DNA of 54,672 bases from a virus (lineage: Duplodnaviria > Caudoviricetes). The DNA lies in the IMG/VR virus record IMGVR_UViG_3300046780_001084, positions 1 through 54,672 of that record. One strand, 5' to 3'. Shown piece after piece: positions 52,381 to 54,672 of the stretch. Under the pieces are notes generated by a model. It was not told where the DNA came from, made no database searches, and saw nothing but the letters and a program-made list of their open reading frames with translations. The translations under genes and the position numbers were made by a program. Numbering within the stretch: the stretch's first letter is position 1; each line of letters opens with the position of its first letter.

Positions 52381-53520
52381 TCACTTCTTTCGCAGAGGTG
52401 ACTCCGTCTCGAATCCGAGGTAGGGCTTCACGATCTTGTCGAGCGACGAATCCTTGTCCGTGCTCTGGTCCACGTTCAGGAACCGGCGGTCACCGCAGAT
52501 GTGACCGGGAACCGACTCCCAGAGCTGCTGGCCGCACTTCTGCTTCAGGATGCCGCGGGACACCGCGTACCCGTCCGGAGGAATGAGGCAGCCGTTGCTC
52601 ATGAACGTGGGACCCGACGGAATCTCCACGACCGAGCCGCAGTGCACGTGGCCGATGAGGAAGAAGTCCGAGTCCTTCGCCGAGCCGGAGTTCAGCTCGT
52701 TGATGTGGTTGCGGATCTTCTTGATGTCGATGGTGCTCGACGGGAAGCCCGCCTCCAGGACGGTGTCGCCGTGCGTGACGAAGCCCTGCTGGTCGAACGC
52801 CTGATACGTGTAGTAGGGCGTGTAGGGAATCTCGACCTTCACGTTGGGCAACGTGGCGACAGCCATCTTGAGCGCGAAGTAGATCATGTTCTCGAACGAG
52901 TCCCACTTCTGCGTGGTGGCTCGCTCGGGGTGACGACGCTTGTTGCGGCCGTGGTTGCCGGGGACGCAGCGCGCCGTGACTCGCTTGTACGTGGAGGACC
53001 ACGCGGTGAGCGCCTGAGTCAGCAGGAACACCGCGGCTGAGAACTGCTCCGTGATGGTCGCTGCGTCACGAGGGTCGTGCAGGTCGCCCTGGATGATGTC
53101 GCCGAAGATGTGGACGAACAGCTCCGTGTCGTCGCGGTACTGCGGCTTGTACGACGAGACCTCCTCGACGATCTGTGCCGTGCGACGTGCCTCTTCCAGC
53201 GGGCCGTATTCGAACGGCAGCTCGCGCGGATCGAGCAGCGAGTGGTAGTGCAGGTCGGACAGCGCGATGTTGACGATGCGCTTCTTCTTGTTCGTGTCGA
53301 GCGTCTTCTTTGCGTAGCCGCTCGGAGCAGCCACCCCGCCCTTGAACGCGTCCTTGAGAACGTCCGTCAAACGATCCAGAAACACACCCTCGCGGGCCAT
53401 CGCGATCGTGTTGCGCCGTCCGCGCGTGACATCGAAATCGCTTCGCTCGTCGTCAACCCGTCCCTTGAGGTACGAGAGGACGCTTGCCTCATTCCTGAGG
53501 CGTTCGTCGCGCTTGCTCAT
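52381..53520 (-). CDS. Calcineurin-like metallophosphoesterase
   Basis: SDLH, GDIIQG, GNHGR, THGD, GHVH motifs. Confidence 0.9.
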   Translation of the reverse strand: MSKRDERLRNEASVLSYLKGRVDDERSDFDVTRGRRNTIAMAREGVFLDRLTDVLKDAFKGGVAAPSGYAKKTLDTNKKKRIVNIALSDLHYHSLLDPRELPFEYGPLEEARRTAQIVEEVSSYKPQYRDDTELFVHIFGDIIQGDLHDPRDAATITEQFSAAVFLLTQALTAWSSTYKRVTARCVPGNHGRNKRRHPERATTQKWDSFENMIYFALKMAVATLPNVKVEIPYTPYYTYQAFDQQGFVTHGDTVLEAGFPSSTIDIKKIRNHINELNSGSAKDSDFFLIGHVHCGSVVEIPSGPTFMSNGCLIPPDGYAVSRGILKQKCGQQLWESVPGHICGDRRFLNVDQSTDKDSSLDKIVKPYLGFETESPLRKK

Positions 53521-53550
53521 GCAGCAGCTCCTTGTGGTTTAAGATTGCCG

Positions 53551-54279
53551 TTACGCGGGCGACTTCTCTGCTTCTTGAGCGAGATCCTCCACGAGTTGAT
53601 CCTCGACCGCGGCGGCTTGCGACGCGATTTGTTCCGCTGCGTTCGAAAGCTGGTCCAGGACCGCAGCTTCCGCTTCATCGCTGAGCGGCTGACCCTCGAC
53701 CGGCGGCGTGCCAACCGGCAGCGGCTCGGACGAAACCTGCTGGCCGGCGGGCGGAGGCGCCTGCGGCAGGATGTCGTAGATGGCCAGGACCGTGAACTTG
53801 GACTCGAAGGGAGTCACGATCACGTCGCCGACCTTGCTGCCGCGGAGCTTCTCCTGGTACTCCGGACGCAGGGTCGCGAACAGGAGCTGGGCGCGCGAGG
53901 GGTAGAGCTGGTTGCCGTCCTTGTCCACCTCGGAGCCGACCACGACCGACATGTCGCCGACGATCTCGGACACCACGAGCTTGCCCGCCTTGATCCCAGC
54001 TTCGAGGGCCCTGCCCTCCAGCACGGACTTGGCTTCGGCGCGCTCGATGTAGAGGCGCTTGACCTCCTCCTCGACCGCCTCGCGGCCGGCCAGGTTGACG
54101 AGGGCCTCGTTGACCTCCTCGGCGCTGCGCATGCGCTGCTCGACCTCGTTGAAGGTCTTGCGCACGGCGCGAAGGATCTCATCGCGGAACTGTTCGAGGG
54201 CCTTCAGACGCTCCAGAGAGCCGGGACCTTGGGTGCCCTTGGGGGGAACGGGACCTTTGCCTGCACGACCGAATTTCAT
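53551..54279 (-). CDS. Hypothetical protein; coiled coil plus GreA-C/FKBP-like segment
   Basis: GGAG RBS; LRGSKVGDVIVTP...FTVLAIY. Confidence 0.75.
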   Translation of the reverse strand: MKFGRAGKGPVPPKGTQGPGSLERLKALEQFRDEILRAVRKTFNEVEQRMRSAEEVNEALVNLAGREAVEEEVKRLYIERAEAKSVLEGRALEAGIKAGKLVVSEIVGDMSVVVGSEVDKDGNQLYPSRAQLLFATLRPEYQEKLRGSKVGDVIVTPFESKFTVLAIYDILPQAPPPAGQQVSSEPLPVGTPPVEGQPLSDEAEAAVLDQLSNAAEQIASQAAAVEDQLVEDLAQEAEKSPA

Positions 54280-54288
54280 CTGATCTCC

Positions 54289-54672
54289 TTAGACGGGGTT
54301 CTTGAGGCCTTCGAAAGCCTTCTGGACGTTGGGATTCATTTCGAGCGTCTGTGCGCGCTGGGTGGCCTGCACGGCCGTCACCTGCGCCATCTGGGCCTCG
54401 TTGGGGAACGGCAGCCTTCCAGCCGCTTGCTGGGGACGCTTGGGGAGGAGCTTGACCATCCGCGGAGACCCGTCCTTGTGGAACAGGGGCTCTTCGGAGC
54501 CGTCGGGATGCTTCCGGATGGCCTGAACCATCTCGGGCTCGTCCTTCGGCTTGTTCTTCGAACCCGGGGGACGCCCAGGGCCGCGCGGCCGTTGTTCTTC
54601 GATCGGAGCCGCAGCTGGCTGTGTCGAAGCGGGGGCCGGCGCTGGGGGCGCACGGCGAGGGCCTACGGGGGC
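54289..54672 (-). CDS. Partial gene (start outside window) with AT-hook
   Basis: Frame open to the window edge: ...RPRGPGRPPGSKNKPK... Confidence 0.7.
   Translation of the reverse strand, partial: APVGPRRAPPAPAPASTQPAAAPIEEQRPRGPGRPPGSKNKPKDEPEMVQAIRKHPDGSEEPLFHKDGSPRMVKLLPKRPQQAAGRLPFPNEAQMAQVTAVQATQRAQTLEMNPNVQKAFEGLKNPV

Larger units (their letters stand above)
1..54672. mobile_element. Segment of a large myovirus-like bacteriophage genome (or prophage)
   Basis: Dense co-oriented genes, baseplate J/gp25-like/tail modules, phage-type primase/RecA/SSB/DnaE, integrase; no host housekeeping operons. Confidence 0.95.

Overview
This GC-rich window looks like part of a large contractile-tailed (myovirus-like, possibly jumbo) phage genome. 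The host is probably a myxobacterium or relative, inferred from Kelch and Ig-repeat types and an AT-hook protein. There are three blocks. (i) 1-9861 (minus strand): early/accessory and nucleotide-metabolism genes (HAD, DEDDh exonuclease, EndoVII-dCMP deaminase fusion, VWA, C39 peptidase, IMPDH/GMPR, SprT) ending in a tyrosine integrase. (ii) 9987-35078 (plus strand): baseplate, tail-fibre and lysis genes, including a 2260-aa baseplate-J protein with an inserted Kelch propeller and a CHAP hydrolase. (iii) 35083-54672 (mostly minus strand): accessory and replication genes (2OG-Fe oxygenase, peptide deformylase, NDK, CYTH, primase, RecA-like, gp32-like SSB, DnaE, metallophosphoesterase). Three promoter-like classes are visible: sigma70-type, RATTCMGTAG and (C)AATCTT. 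The most striking feature is at 29929-30196. A 15-codon leader ORF (MKHL-S10-R), whose first six Ser codons are the six different Ser codons, lies directly upstream of two atypical tRNA-Ser genes. Its Ser codons can base-pair with the 5' end of the first tRNA. This is a candidate seryl-tRNA-sensing, ribosome-controlled switch for phage tRNA production. All calls come from reading the sequence by eye; no database searches or folding programs were run.
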